NCBI RefSeq assembly: GCF_000195955.2
Contig: NC_000962.3
Coordinates: 2,310,001-2,342,000 of the forward strand
Reading direction: 5' to 3'
Origin: Mycobacterium tuberculosis H37Rv
GTDB lineage: Bacteria > Actinomycetota > Actinomycetes > Mycobacteriales > Mycobacteriaceae
Length of the DNA stretch: 32,000 nucleotides
Position numbers and translations under genes: made by a program. Positions 18,978-28,217 of the stretch are shown here, one piece after another (the stretch's first letter is position 1; every line of letters begins with the position of its first letter). The notes under the pieces were generated by a model. The model did no database searches. It saw only the letters and a program-made list of their open reading frames with translations, and had not been told where the DNA came from.

Positions 18978-20146
18978 CGCTTGGTCACCGACCACTGGGT
19001 GACCGGCAGCTGTGGGCGCCAACCGGTGAAGCCGCCCAGCGGTTCGCCGAGATAGTGCTGGAATCGTCGTAGCTCGCCACCGAGGCGCGAATATGCATGC
19101 GCCAGAGCGGCTTCCGATTCGACGGTGACAGCGTTGGCGACCAAGTTCCCGCCTGCGGGCAGGCTGTCCAGGCAGGCCTCAAGCAGGCCTGGCTGGGTTA
19201 CACCACCGCCAAGAAAAATCACCGACGGCCGTGCGGCGTCGTCGAACGCATCGGGCGCGTCGCCGCGCACGTCGACGCTCACCCCGAAGGCCGCGGCATT
19301 GAACCCAATGTTGCGGCGGCGCCGTTCGTCGCGCTCGAACGCCACCGCGGTGCAGCCCGGCCAGCTCCGACACCACTGGACCGCGATGGCGCCTGAGCCC
19401 GCGCCGACGTCCCATAACCGCTGCCCGGGCCTTGGCGCCAGCGCAGCCAGGGTCAGCACGCGGATCGGGTGTTTGGTGATCTGCCCGTCGTGCGCGAATG
19501 CCTCGTCGGGTGCCCACGACGTGCGCTCGTCGAGCAGGTAGCGCACGGCGATCACGTTGAGCTCATCGACATCGAGGGGTGGGTCGCAGGCCCATGCCCG
19601 GGCCGTACCGTCGCGGCGGCGTTCGGCCGGGCCGCCAAGCTGTTCGAGCACGCTGAACTTGGAGTCACCGCGACCGTGCTCGGTCAGCAGCACCGCCAGC
19701 GCCTGCGGGGTGGACCGATCGCCGGACAGCACGATGGCCCGGCCGCCGCGGCGCACCGCGGTGTGTGGTTGCGCGGTGACCAGGCTGATCACCTCGGTGT
19801 CATACACGTTCCAGCCCATCCGGGCGCACGCCAACGTCACCGCGGACACGTGCGGCAACACGGTCACGTTGTCGTGGCCGAACAGCCGGATCAGGGTGGA
19901 GCCGATACCATGCAACAACGGGTCGCCGCTGGCAACCACGTGTAGGTCAGCCCCATCCGGTGACAGGCCTTGCACCGCGGGCAGCATCGGCGTCGGCCAC
20001 TCCCAGCGCTCGGCGGTGACGGTATCGTCGAGCAGGGCAAGTTGCCGTTTCGAGCCGTAAATTACTGTGGCCCTGCGCAATTCGGAGCGAGAATGCTCGG
20101 AGAGACCGGTCATGCCGTCGGCGCCGATCCCGACAACGATGATCAT
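18974..20146 (-). CDS. cobL: Precorrin-6Y C5,15-methyltransferase (decarboxylating) CobL
   Basis: 390 aa from ATG 20146: MIIVVGIGADGMTGLSEHSRSELRRATVIYGSKRQLALLDD...RLWDVGAGSGAIAVQWCR. Confidence 0.96.
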   Translation of the reverse strand: MIIVVGIGADGMTGLSEHSRSELRRATVIYGSKRQLALLDDTVTAERWEWPTPMLPAVQGLSPDGADLHVVASGDPLLHGIGSTLIRLFGHDNVTVLPHVSAVTLACARMGWNVYDTEVISLVTAQPHTAVRRGGRAIVLSGDRSTPQALAVLLTEHGRGDSKFSVLEQLGGPAERRRDGTARAWACDPPLDVDELNVIAVRYLLDERTSWAPDEAFAHDGQITKHPIRVLTLAALAPRPGQRLWDVGAGSGAIAVQWCRSWPGCTAVAFERDERRRRNIGFNAAAFGVSVDVRGDAPDAFDDAARPSVIFLGGGVTQPGLLEACLDSLPAGGNLVANAVTVESEAALAHAYSRLGGELRRFQHYLGEPLGGFTGWRPQLPVTQWSVTKR

Positions 20147-20213
20147 CGGCGCCGCTCTCCCCCGCAAGCGGGCGGTACCCCCACCGCATCGCTGCGCTCT
20201 GCATCGTCGCGGA

Positions 20214-20963
20214 TCATCGCGGCATCCTGCGCCAGACGAACCGGGGAAGCAACCGCAGCGCAACAAACATTGGCCGCAGCGCCCACGGAATCCACACCAC
20301 GCGCTTACCGTTGACCAGCGCACGCGCGGTCGCGGCGGCCACCCGCTCCGGGGTGACCGACAGGGGTGCGGGCGTCATGCCCTCGGTCATGCGCCCGATG
20401 ACGAATCCCGGCCGCGCGATCAGTAACCGCACCCCGGTGCCGTGCAACGCATCGGCCAGGCCGCTGGCGAAGCCGTCCAGGCCGGCTTTGGCCGATCCGT
20501 AGACATAGTTGGCGCGGCGCACCCGAATCCCGGCGACCGAGGAGAACACCACCAGCGATCCCCGTCCGGCGGTGCGCATCGCCGCTGCCAGATGAGTCAG
20601 CAGGCTGACCTGGGCGACGTAGTCGGTGTGCACGATGGCCACCGCGTGCGCCGCGTCTGTCTCGGCGCGGGCCTGGTCGCCGAGTATCCCGAAGGCCAGC
20701 ACCGCGGTGCCGATGGGGCCGTGCTCGGCAACGAGCGAAGCGACCAACGGGCCGTGTGCGGCCAGGTCGTCGGCGTCGAACTCCCGGGTGTGCACCGCTA
20801 TAGCGCCAGCTGCGCGGAGTGCGGCGGCCTGGTCGGCGAGTTGATCGGCGTTCCGCGCGGCCAGCACCATCGTCGCCCCGGCAGCCAGGCGTCGCGCGAG
20901 TTCGCCGCCGATCTGGCTGCGGCCGCCGAAAATTACTACCGGAGCAGCGCCCGTGTCGTCCAC
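20214..20963 (-). CDS. Short-chain dehydrogenase/reductase (Rv2073c-like, DprE2-like)
   Basis: 249 aa; VVIFGGRSQIGGELARRLAAG, SLVVFSSVAGIRVRRANYVYGSAKAGLDGFASGLADAL (Ser...YxxxK). Confidence 0.93.
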   Translation of the reverse strand: MDDTGAAPVVIFGGRSQIGGELARRLAAGATMVLAARNADQLADQAAALRAAGAIAVHTREFDADDLAAHGPLVASLVAEHGPIGTAVLAFGILGDQARAETDAAHAVAIVHTDYVAQVSLLTHLAAAMRTAGRGSLVVFSSVAGIRVRRANYVYGSAKAGLDGFASGLADALHGTGVRLLIARPGFVIGRMTEGMTPAPLSVTPERVAAATARALVNGKRVVWIPWALRPMFVALRLLPRFVWRRMPR

Positions 20964-20992
20964 GGCTGCGATTATTGCCTGCGCTAGCGTGA

Positions 20993-21406
20993 GTGGCGAT
21001 GGTCAACACCACTACGCGGCTTAGTGACGACGCGCTGGCGTTTCTTTCCGAACGCCATCTGGCCATGCTGACCACGCTGCGGGCGGACAACTCGCCGCAC
21101 GTGGTGGCGGTAGGTTTCACCTTCGACCCCAAGACTCACATCGCGCGGGTCATCACCACCGGCGGCTCCCAAAAGGCCGTCAATGCCGACCGCAGTGGGC
21201 TTGCCGTGCTCAGCCAGGTCGACGGCGCGCGCTGGCTCTCACTGGAGGGTAGGGCGGCGGTGAACAGCGACATCGACGCCGTGCGCGACGCCGAGCTGCG
21301 CTACGCGCAGCGCTATCGCACCCCGCGTCCCAATCCACGCCGAGTGGTCATCGAGGTCCAGATTGAGCGCGTGCTGGGATCCGCGGATCTGCTCGACCGG
21401 GCCTGA
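20993..21406 (+). CDS. Split-barrel flavin/deazaflavin oxidoreductase (Rv2074-like, F420-dependent biliverdin reductase family)
   Basis: 137 aa [88 protein letters not shown]. Confidence 0.92.
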
Positions 21407-21415
21407 CAACCGAGG

Positions 21416-22879
21416 TCATGGCGGCAGTAGGTAATGCACCCAGGCGCCACCGGCGGGCCCGGCCACGGCGTGCAGACGGGCGTTCTGATTGCCCGTTCGG
21501 GGCAGGGTAAAGTCCGCGCCGATGGCTGTGCAGGCTAGGGCAGCCCCGGCGAAGACCACGGGTGCCGGCGTCACGGTCCACCTGCCTGCCGCGTCCCGAC
21601 AGGCCGCAGGGTGTGGGTCACCGCACGATGCGGCGACCCAGCGGCCATCCGCGCCCTGCAGGGCGCATGCTCCGGCACCGGCACGCGGTTCGTCCGGTGC
21701 CCAGCTCCACAACGACGCCTGAATGCGGCCGTCTTCGGGGAGCAGCTGATCGAAGCCGAACAGATTGACCCCGCAATCGGTCATCGCCGGCACCTTCGGC
21801 GGGGTAAGCGCCTGCGGATTGGCCGGTGGACGGGTCGGGTTGGCCAACGCCGTGGCCAGCGTGGAGTCCTCGTAATAGCGGACCAGTCGCCAAGCGTAGA
21901 CACCGCGGCCATAGGTGGCATCGCAGGCCGGGTATGGCCGGTAGCCGGAGTTCGAGCCGCTTTCCAGCTCAACGCCGCTCCAGTCGAAGACGGCGGCCGA
22001 CCAACCTGGCGCACAAGACCCGACGAGCACGGCTCGTGCGCCGGATGCGCGGATTTCCTCCCGCGACACGTCGAGTGGAAGCGGGACACAGCCGTTGGTG
22101 GCACGCCGGGCCGGGTTGGGACGGTAGATAAGGCTTGTTCCGTCCGCACGCCGCAACACTTGGTCGAGGGTAGCCACCACCGACTCATACGCCGACGCGT
22201 TCTTCAGCTGGTCCTCCAGGTAGAGCAGGATGACCTCCTCGGTATGCCCGGGTGCGTTCAACCAGTTGGCGATCTGCGGCAGCACTGTGGCCAGCAGAGG
22301 TTCGACGGTGCAGCCTAGGTTCGCGTTCTTCGGTCCCAGCCCGTGACACACGGTGACGCCGGGGGCGCCGTGGCCCTCGAGGCGGGGCAAGTAGTGCAGG
22401 TCTAGCTCGAGCGCGCGGACGTCGATGTCGAGCTGTTGGGCCAACGACAGCTGCTGGTTTGAGTCTGCGTGCGAGACCGTGAACGAATCGCTGAGGCTGT
22501 TGAACGAGTTGTGCGTGCCGAGCCACTGAGTTTCCCGCAGCGGCACCGGGTCTTGCAACGCATCCTGGAACCGCGCGGTGCGATGCACCCAAGACTGTAG
22601 GTAGGCATCACGCGCGGCCTGGGTCACCCGGTGCGCGAGCGGAAGCACGCACCGCGCATCGGGCACACCGACGCGGCGACACTCCGCAGCGACCGCGTCG
22701 GCGAACTTGCCGAGCGCCACGCAGGGGATCGCAACCGGGCTTATTACGTCACAGGATGCGGTGGGCGAGGGCGGAGCGGGCACCTGGTAGGCATCGGCGG
22801 CCACCGGTGCCGCGGTTATCAACACCACGGCCAAGGCGCCCATGAGGGCCGCGCTCTGCAGCCATCGGGCGCGGGGCAT
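21416..22879 (-). CDS. Exported/envelope protein with PI-PLC X-domain-like phosphodiesterase fold (Rv2075c-like)
   Basis: 487 aa; signal-peptide-like N-terminus LMGALAVVLITAAPVAADA, then WLGTHNSFNSLSDSFTVSHADSNQQLSLAQQLDIDVRALELDLHYLP...VCHG. Confidence 0.85.
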   Translation of the reverse strand: MPRARWLQSAALMGALAVVLITAAPVAADAYQVPAPPSPTASCDVISPVAIPCVALGKFADAVAAECRRVGVPDARCVLPLAHRVTQAARDAYLQSWVHRTARFQDALQDPVPLRETQWLGTHNSFNSLSDSFTVSHADSNQQLSLAQQLDIDVRALELDLHYLPRLEGHGAPGVTVCHGLGPKNANLGCTVEPLLATVLPQIANWLNAPGHTEEVILLYLEDQLKNASAYESVVATLDQVLRRADGTSLIYRPNPARRATNGCVPLPLDVSREEIRASGARAVLVGSCAPGWSAAVFDWSGVELESGSNSGYRPYPACDATYGRGVYAWRLVRYYEDSTLATALANPTRPPANPQALTPPKVPAMTDCGVNLFGFDQLLPEDGRIQASLWSWAPDEPRAGAGACALQGADGRWVAASCGDPHPAACRDAAGRWTVTPAPVVFAGAALACTAIGADFTLPRTGNQNARLHAVAGPAGGAWVHYLLPP

Positions 22880-23036
22880 GCGCTACTTTGGCACGTCGAT
22901 ACACCGCTTACCAGGGGTGTTGTCGAAGTGTTGCGTGGTCTCGTCGAAGCCGTCACGTAACTCCAAGCCGCCCCGCGTCGATGACGAGACACTAGGGCTG
23001 CGACCGCCAGGGCCGTGTAGACGTTGCTCTACAAGG

Positions 23037-23288
23037 TCACCGGTCCTGGTCAGAACTTATCCGACGGCTCCTGCGCATTTTCCCGTACACAACCGCGGGG
23101 ATGAGGACCAGCAACCCGAGACTCCAGATATCCCACCACAGTGACCCCTTCACGGCATTGGCGATTGCACTGATGGCCAGCAGAACCCAGGCGACACCCA
23201 TAAAGGCGAAATAGCACCCGCCCCTGAGCCGTCCCGCTGGCCGAGGCCACAGGGAGCCTGCGACACCGCCGATGAGGCAGACAACCAC
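23037..23288 (-). CDS. Small membrane protein (Rv2076c-like), start uncertain (open to 23387)
   Basis: VVVCLIGGVAGSLWPRPAGRLRGGCYFAFMGVAWVLLAISAIANAVKGSLWWDIWSLGLLVLIPAVVYGKMRR; three hydrophobic segments. Confidence 0.7.
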   Translation of the reverse strand: MVVCLIGGVAGSLWPRPAGRLRGGCYFAFMGVAWVLLAISAIANAVKGSLWWDIWSLGLLVLIPAVVYGKMRRSRRISSDQDR

Positions 23289-23322
23289 GACGGCAACGCT
23301 GAAGACGACAACGGGAGTCGCG

Positions 23323-24294
23323 CTACTTGGTGGCACAGTTGACCACCGCCGCTCCCGATCCGCCAACCCCCAGTAAGGCGGCGCCAAGTAGTGCCCAGTC
23401 GGCAGGGCCGGCCGGAATTGCTAGGGCGGTCCCAACTACGCCAGCCGATGATCCTGCGAAACCCGCAACAGCCGCCGTCCACTCCGCGCTGTTACATGGC
23501 CGGTGCAGAGCTTGAAACGCCAGCCGGCGCGCCTCCACCGCGATGGGGTCATCCGGCGGCCTAGCGGCCAGCTCGTTGACCATGTTGTCCACCCACCGTT
23601 TGGTCGCGTCTGATACGGGTGCCTCTGTCCCGGCCGGTGGCAGCATCATTGAAGTGATCGGATCGGAGTACGGTCCGTCGGCTCCACCGGACGGGTGTGG
23701 CGCTCCTGGCGGTGGAGGTGTTGGGCCGTCTTGTTTGAAGAAGTCGACTAGCTGAACCGCGCTGTGGGCAACAACCGGGGCGCCCGCGAAGCGGACATTT
23801 CCCACATCACCGGTGGTCGCGGCGAGCTGACCGGACACCTCGTTCTCCGCCGCAACCAGTTGCCCGACACGTAAGCGGATGTCACCGGCCAACGCCTGAG
23901 CCTGAGCTAGTCGAGCGGCCTGCACTGCAGCCGGCTGCGTCGTTTTGGTGTCGGTGACCGATAGGTCTTCACCGACGTTGAAACCGGCGTCCTGGGCGTC
24001 CTCTACAGCATACATAACTCTTCGTTGTGCCGCGTCGATAGTGCCGGCGCCGTTGCGCGCGATCGTGGCTGCTCTCCGCAGCTGGTCGGCTATGCCACTG
24101 ACCGTTGAGAAGTCAGCTCGGGTTCGTTGTCGCAGCCCGTCGCCCCCGGCGCCATTCCAGGCGATGGCATGGGCCTGGTTTCGCATCTGCAGAAACACGT
24201 CTTCCCACCGATCCGCGGTTTCGGTCCAGTAGCCGGCCGCATCGATAAGGTGCTCGGTGCTCCATGCCCGGATTTGGGACAGGGTGGCCAGCAT
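23323..24294 (-). CDS. ESX/WXG100-type N-terminal domain protein with C-terminal TM segment (Rv2077c-like)
   Basis: 323 aa; helical WEDVFLQMRNQAHAIAWNGAGGDGLRQRTRADFSTVSG (W...G region), Pro-rich linker, hydrophobic tail AGSSAGVVGTALAIPAGPADWALLGAALLGVGGSGAAVVN. Confidence 0.8.
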   Translation of the reverse strand: MLATLSQIRAWSTEHLIDAAGYWTETADRWEDVFLQMRNQAHAIAWNGAGGDGLRQRTRADFSTVSGIADQLRRAATIARNGAGTIDAAQRRVMYAVEDAQDAGFNVGEDLSVTDTKTTQPAAVQAARLAQAQALAGDIRLRVGQLVAAENEVSGQLAATTGDVGNVRFAGAPVVAHSAVQLVDFFKQDGPTPPPPGAPHPSGGADGPYSDPITSMMLPPAGTEAPVSDATKRWVDNMVNELAARPPDDPIAVEARRLAFQALHRPCNSAEWTAAVAGFAGSSAGVVGTALAIPAGPADWALLGAALLGVGGSGAAVVNCATK

Positions 24295-24594
24295 CTAAAC
24301 CACCGTCACCTGCGTCACCGCGGCCATCTCGCTCGCCGCAGTTGCCTCTTGATGGGCGTAAGCTGCGGCCGCGGCAGCCACCCCGGTAGCCGTAGCCTGC
24401 GTCCGGGTGGCGAATTCCGCTGCCGCGCAGCAGATTGCTGCGTTGATACCACTTACCGCCACCGTCGTGGCTTGGAATGGTTGGCCGGATTCTGGCGGCG
24501 TTGCCGAGGCGGCGAACTGGGCGCCAAGGCCCTGCGATTGACTGGCCGCAACCTCAAGCTGACCAAGTACAACCTGTAGTTCATTCGACCCCAC
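24295..24594 (-). CDS. Small Ala-rich helical ESX-associated protein (Rv2077A-like)
   Basis: 99 aa MGSNELQVVLGQLEVAASQSQGLGAQFAASATPPESGQPFQATTVAVSGINAAICCAAAEFATRTQATATGVAAAAAAYAHQEATAASEM; stop codon immediately abuts the start of the Rv2077c-like gene. Confidence 0.8.
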   Translation of the reverse strand: MGSNELQVVLGQLEVAASQSQGLGAQFAASATPPESGQPFQATTVAVSGINAAICCAAAEFATRTQATATGVAAAAAAYAHQEATAASEMAAVTQVTVV

Positions 24595-25058
24595 CCGCGG
24601 GAGTCTAAATCGAGACCACGCAGAGGGCTATTCACGCCGATTCAAAGCCGTCGAAGAAACGACACCACCCGCGGGCCGATGAGACAGGAACGATCACACA
24701 GGTGCTTGCGAAGATCCGTCACCACGTATGCGGGCGAACGGTGTGTTCGGCCTGTTGGCGGCCGCCGCGTGCGGTGTTCCCATCCCCGTTATCGACAACC
24801 GCGCCGAGGAGATGACGGGCCGGCACGCCACAACGGCAACGAGTTTCAGCATCACGGACCAGTCGTGCGCATCATGAGGACTGCCGCGCCGCTGCGCTCA
24901 CCGCGGTCGTCAAAGCATTGGATCCAATGACGCCATCGCGGTGGCGCCCGGTGAGGTGCGTGACCGTGGTCTCCGGTTATACCTTCGAGCCGACCGCAGG
25001 GTGACTTGATCGTCAAATCCACGACAGTAGCCTTACACCAAGTCCGAAGGGAGTAGCG

Positions 25059-25373
25059 GTGTTTGTCGATGTTGAACTTTTGCATTCGGGGGCAAACGAG
25101 TCTCACTACGCCGGTGAGCACGCCCACGGTGGTGCTGATCAGCTGTCGCGGGGACCCCTGCTGTCGGGGATGTTCGGTACATTTCCTGTCGCCCAGACTT
25201 TTCACGACGCGGTCGGCGCGGCCCACGCACAGCAGATGCGAAACCTGCACGCTCACCGGCAGGCGTTGATCACGGTGGGCGAGAAAGCGCGCCATGCCGC
25301 GACGGGGTTCACCGACATGGACGACGGCAACGCCGCTGAGTTGAAAGCTGTGGTATGCAGCTGCGCCACATAA
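25059..25373 (+). CDS. EspC-like / WXG100-superfamily small protein (Rv2078-like)
   Basis: 104 aa, GTG start; VFVDVELLHSGANESHYAGEHAHGGADQLSRGPLLSGMFGTFPVAQTFHDAVGAAHAQQMRNLHAHRQALITVGEKARHAATGFTDMDDGNAAEL; 19-bp overlap with the next gene. Confidence 0.82.
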   Translation: MFVDVELLHSGANESHYAGEHAHGGADQLSRGPLLSGMFGTFPVAQTFHDAVGAAHAQQMRNLHAHRQALITVGEKARHAATGFTDMDDGNAAELKAVVCSCAT

Positions 25374-27325
25374 ACATCCGGGCGCTGATCGCCGAGGCCG
25401 GCGGCGATCCCTGGGCGATCGAGCACAGCCTGCACGCGGGTCGGCCGGCCCAGATTGCCGAGCTGGCGGAGGCGTTTCACGCGGCGGGTCGATACACCGC
25501 CGAGGCCAACGCGGCCTTCGAGGAAGCCCGTCGCCGCTTCGAAGCGTCCTGGAATCGAGAAAACGGCGAGCACCCGATCAACGACTCCGCCGAAGTGCAG
25601 CGCGTGACCGCGGCGCTGGGTGTGCAGTCTTTGCAATTGCCCAAGATCGGTGTCGATTTGGAGAACATTGCGGCCGACCTCGCCGAGGCGCAACGGGCTG
25701 CGGCCGGGCGGATTGCGACGCTCGAAAGTCAACTGCAGCGGATCGACGATCAGCTTGACCAAGCGCTGGAACTCGAGCACGACCCCCGACTGGCCGCGGC
25801 CGAAAGATCCGAACTTGATGCGCTGATCACCTGCCTTGAGCAAGATGCCATCGACGACACGGCGTCAGCACTGGGCCAGCTGCAATCGATACGCGCCGGA
25901 TACTCGGATCACCTGCAGCAATCGCTGGCCATGTTGCGTGCCGATGGCTACGACGGGGCGGGGCTGCAGGGATTGGACGCACCGCAATCGCCGGTGAAAC
26001 CCGAAGAGCCGATTCAGATTCCGCCACCAGGCACCGGGGCACCAGAGGTGCATCGGTGGTGGACGTCGCTGACGTCTGAGGAACGGCAGCGTCTGATCGC
26101 CGAGCACCCGGAACAGATCGGCAATCTCAACGGCGTTCCGGTCAGCGCGCGCAGCGATGCCAACATCGCGGTGATGACGCGGGACCTGAATCGGGTACGT
26201 GACATCGCCACTCGGTACCGCACGTCGGTTGACGACGTCCTGGGTGATCCGGCGAAATACGGTCTGTCCGCCGGCGATATCACCCGCTACCGCAACGCCG
26301 ATGAGACCAAGAAAGGCCTCGACCATAACGCCCGTAATGATCCCCGGAACCCCTCCCCGGTATACCTGTTCGCCTACGATCCAATGGCATTCGGCGGTAA
26401 GGGACGAGCCGCGATCGCTATCGGCAACCCCGACACCGCAAAACACACCGCCGTGATTGTGCCCGGCACCAGCAGCAGCGTGAAAGGCGGCTGGTTGCAT
26501 GACAATCACGACGACGCGCTGAACCTCTTTAACCAGGCCAAGGCCGCCGACCCGAATAATCCGACCGCGGTGATCGCCTGGATGGGATATGACGCCCCGA
26601 ACGACTTCACCGACCCGCGTATCGCCACTCCGATGCTGGCCCGAATCGGTGGTGCGGCACTGGCCGAGGACGTCAACGGTTTGTGGGTAACGCATCTCGG
26701 CGTCGGCCAGAATGTCACCGTGTTGGGCCACTCGTACGGCTCGACCACCGTGGCCGACGCGTTCGCCTTGGGCGGCATGCATGCCAACGATGCGGTGCTA
26801 CTGGGCTGCCCGGGAACCGACCTGGCCCACAGCGCCGCGAGCTTTCACCTGGACGGAGGCCGGGTGTATGTGGGTGCGGCCTCTACGGATCCGATCAGCA
26901 TGCTCGGGCAGCTCGACAGCCTCAGCCAGTATGTGAACCGTGGCAACCTTGCGGGTCAGCTGCAAGGTTTAGCCGTCGGCCTGGGCACCGACCCCGCCGG
27001 CGACGGATTCGGTTCGGTGAGGTTTCGCGCTGAGGTGCCCAACTCTGATGGCATCAACCCCCACGACCACTCCTATTACTACCACCGGGGCAGCGAGGCG
27101 TTGCGCAGCATGGCCGACATCGCCTCCGGTCACGGCGACGCGCTAGCATCCGATGGCATGCTGGCCCAACCACGTCACCAACCCGGCGTCGAGATCGACA
27201 TTCCAGGTCTTGGGTCGGTGGAAATTGACATACCGGGCACGCCGGCCAGCATTGACCCAGAGTGGAGCCGCCCTCCGGGATCTATCACCGACGACCATGT
27301 TTTCGATGCCCCACTCCACCGCTGA
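25355..27325 (+). CDS. Large ESX-associated protein with helical N-terminus and DUF1023-type alpha/beta hydrolase domain (Rv2079-like)
   Basis: 656 aa; coiled-coil-like N-terminal ~200 aa; AVIVPGTSSSVKGGW and nucleophile elbow VTVLGHSYGSTTVADAFALGG (GHSYG encoded at 26726-26740). Confidence 0.88.
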   Translation: MQLRHINIRALIAEAGGDPWAIEHSLHAGRPAQIAELAEAFHAAGRYTAEANAAFEEARRRFEASWNRENGEHPINDSAEVQRVTAALGVQSLQLPKIGVDLENIAADLAEAQRAAAGRIATLESQLQRIDDQLDQALELEHDPRLAAAERSELDALITCLEQDAIDDTASALGQLQSIRAGYSDHLQQSLAMLRADGYDGAGLQGLDAPQSPVKPEEPIQIPPPGTGAPEVHRWWTSLTSEERQRLIAEHPEQIGNLNGVPVSARSDANIAVMTRDLNRVRDIATRYRTSVDDVLGDPAKYGLSAGDITRYRNADETKKGLDHNARNDPRNPSPVYLFAYDPMAFGGKGRAAIAIGNPDTAKHTAVIVPGTSSSVKGGWLHDNHDDALNLFNQAKAADPNNPTAVIAWMGYDAPNDFTDPRIATPMLARIGGAALAEDVNGLWVTHLGVGQNVTVLGHSYGSTTVADAFALGGMHANDAVLLGCPGTDLAHSAASFHLDGGRVYVGAASTDPISMLGQLDSLSQYVNRGNLAGQLQGLAVGLGTDPAGDGFGSVRFRAEVPNSDGINPHDHSYYYHRGSEALRSMADIASGHGDALASDGMLAQPRHQPGVEIDIPGLGSVEIDIPGTPASIDPEWSRPPGSITDDHVFDAPLHR

Positions 27326-27869
27326 TCGACGGCTTCGGCTGACGCGGCAGGCTTTGCTCGCCGCGGCCGTGGTGCCGTTGCTAGCAGGATGTGCGCTGGT
27401 GATGCACAAACCCCATTCCGCGGGTTCGTCTAATCCCTGGGATGATTCCGCGCACCCGCTCACCGACGATCAGGCCATGGCCCAAGTCGTCGAGCCAGCC
27501 AAACAGATCGTCGCCGCCGCCGACCTGCAGGCTGTCAGAGCGGGATTCTCGTTCACCTCGTGTAACGACCAAGGCGATCCGCCTTATCAGGGCACCGTCA
27601 GGATGGCCTTTCTGTTGCAGGGCGATCACGACGCGTACTTTCAGCACGTCCGTGCCGCCATGCTGTCGCACGGCTGGATCGACGGCCCCCCACCGGGACA
27701 GTACTTCCACGGCATAACCCTGCACAAGAACGGAGTGACCGCGAACATGAGCTTAGCGTTGGACCACAGTTACGGAGAGATGATCCTTGATGGTGAGTGC
27801 CGCAATACGACCGACCACCACCATGACGACGAGACCACCAACATCACCAACCAACTCGTTCAGCCATGA
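27306..27869 (+). CDS. lppJ: Lipoprotein LppJ
   Basis: 187 aa; LTRQALLAAAVVPLLAGCALV lipobox; ...AGFSFTSCNDQGDPPYQGTVRMAFLLQGDHDAYFQHVRAAMLSHGWIDGPPPGQYFHGITLHKNGVTANMSL. Overlaps the end of the Rv2079-like gene by 20 bp. Confidence 0.88.
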   Translation: MPHSTADRRLRLTRQALLAAAVVPLLAGCALVMHKPHSAGSSNPWDDSAHPLTDDQAMAQVVEPAKQIVAAADLQAVRAGFSFTSCNDQGDPPYQGTVRMAFLLQGDHDAYFQHVRAAMLSHGWIDGPPPGQYFHGITLHKNGVTANMSLALDHSYGEMILDGECRNTTDHHHDDETTNITNQLVQP

Positions 27870-27936
27870 AGGCGTCGGGTGCCTTCACTGTTCCCACATC
27901 GATGTCAGTGATCACCAACCCGTGTGGCACGTGGCG

Positions 27937-28094
27937 ACCGGCGACCGGCGAGCCCGCATCGCACCAGGTATCGAGGAACTCGGACCCACCCTGGTCGAAA
28001 CGGTACGCCGCCGCGACGCACTGCCCCGCATCGCCCAAGCCGTAGTAGTGGCCGCCACCCGCAACTACGGCGTCCCCGACAACGAAACCGACCT
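27937..28094 (+). pseudogene. Relic copy of the Rv2082-like gene 3' region
   Basis: Ungapped match, offset 2593 bp, to 30530-30687. I counted ~12 mismatches by eye in 158 bp. TGDRRARIAPGIEELGPTLVETVRRRDALPRIAQAVVVAATRNYGVPDNETDLL versus TGDRTARIAPTIDELGPTLVETVRRHDTLPPIAQAVVVAATRNYGVPDNETDLL. Confidence 0.88.
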
Positions 28095-28217
28095 ACTGCG
28101 GTCGCCCAGGCCAAGGTGGCCACCAAACGCTGCTGGCATGCAGGTGGAGTGCACAGACACGGCAGCTGCAATAGCCTTACGCGGGTGACCAACACCCCCC
28201 CCACCCACCACAGGACA

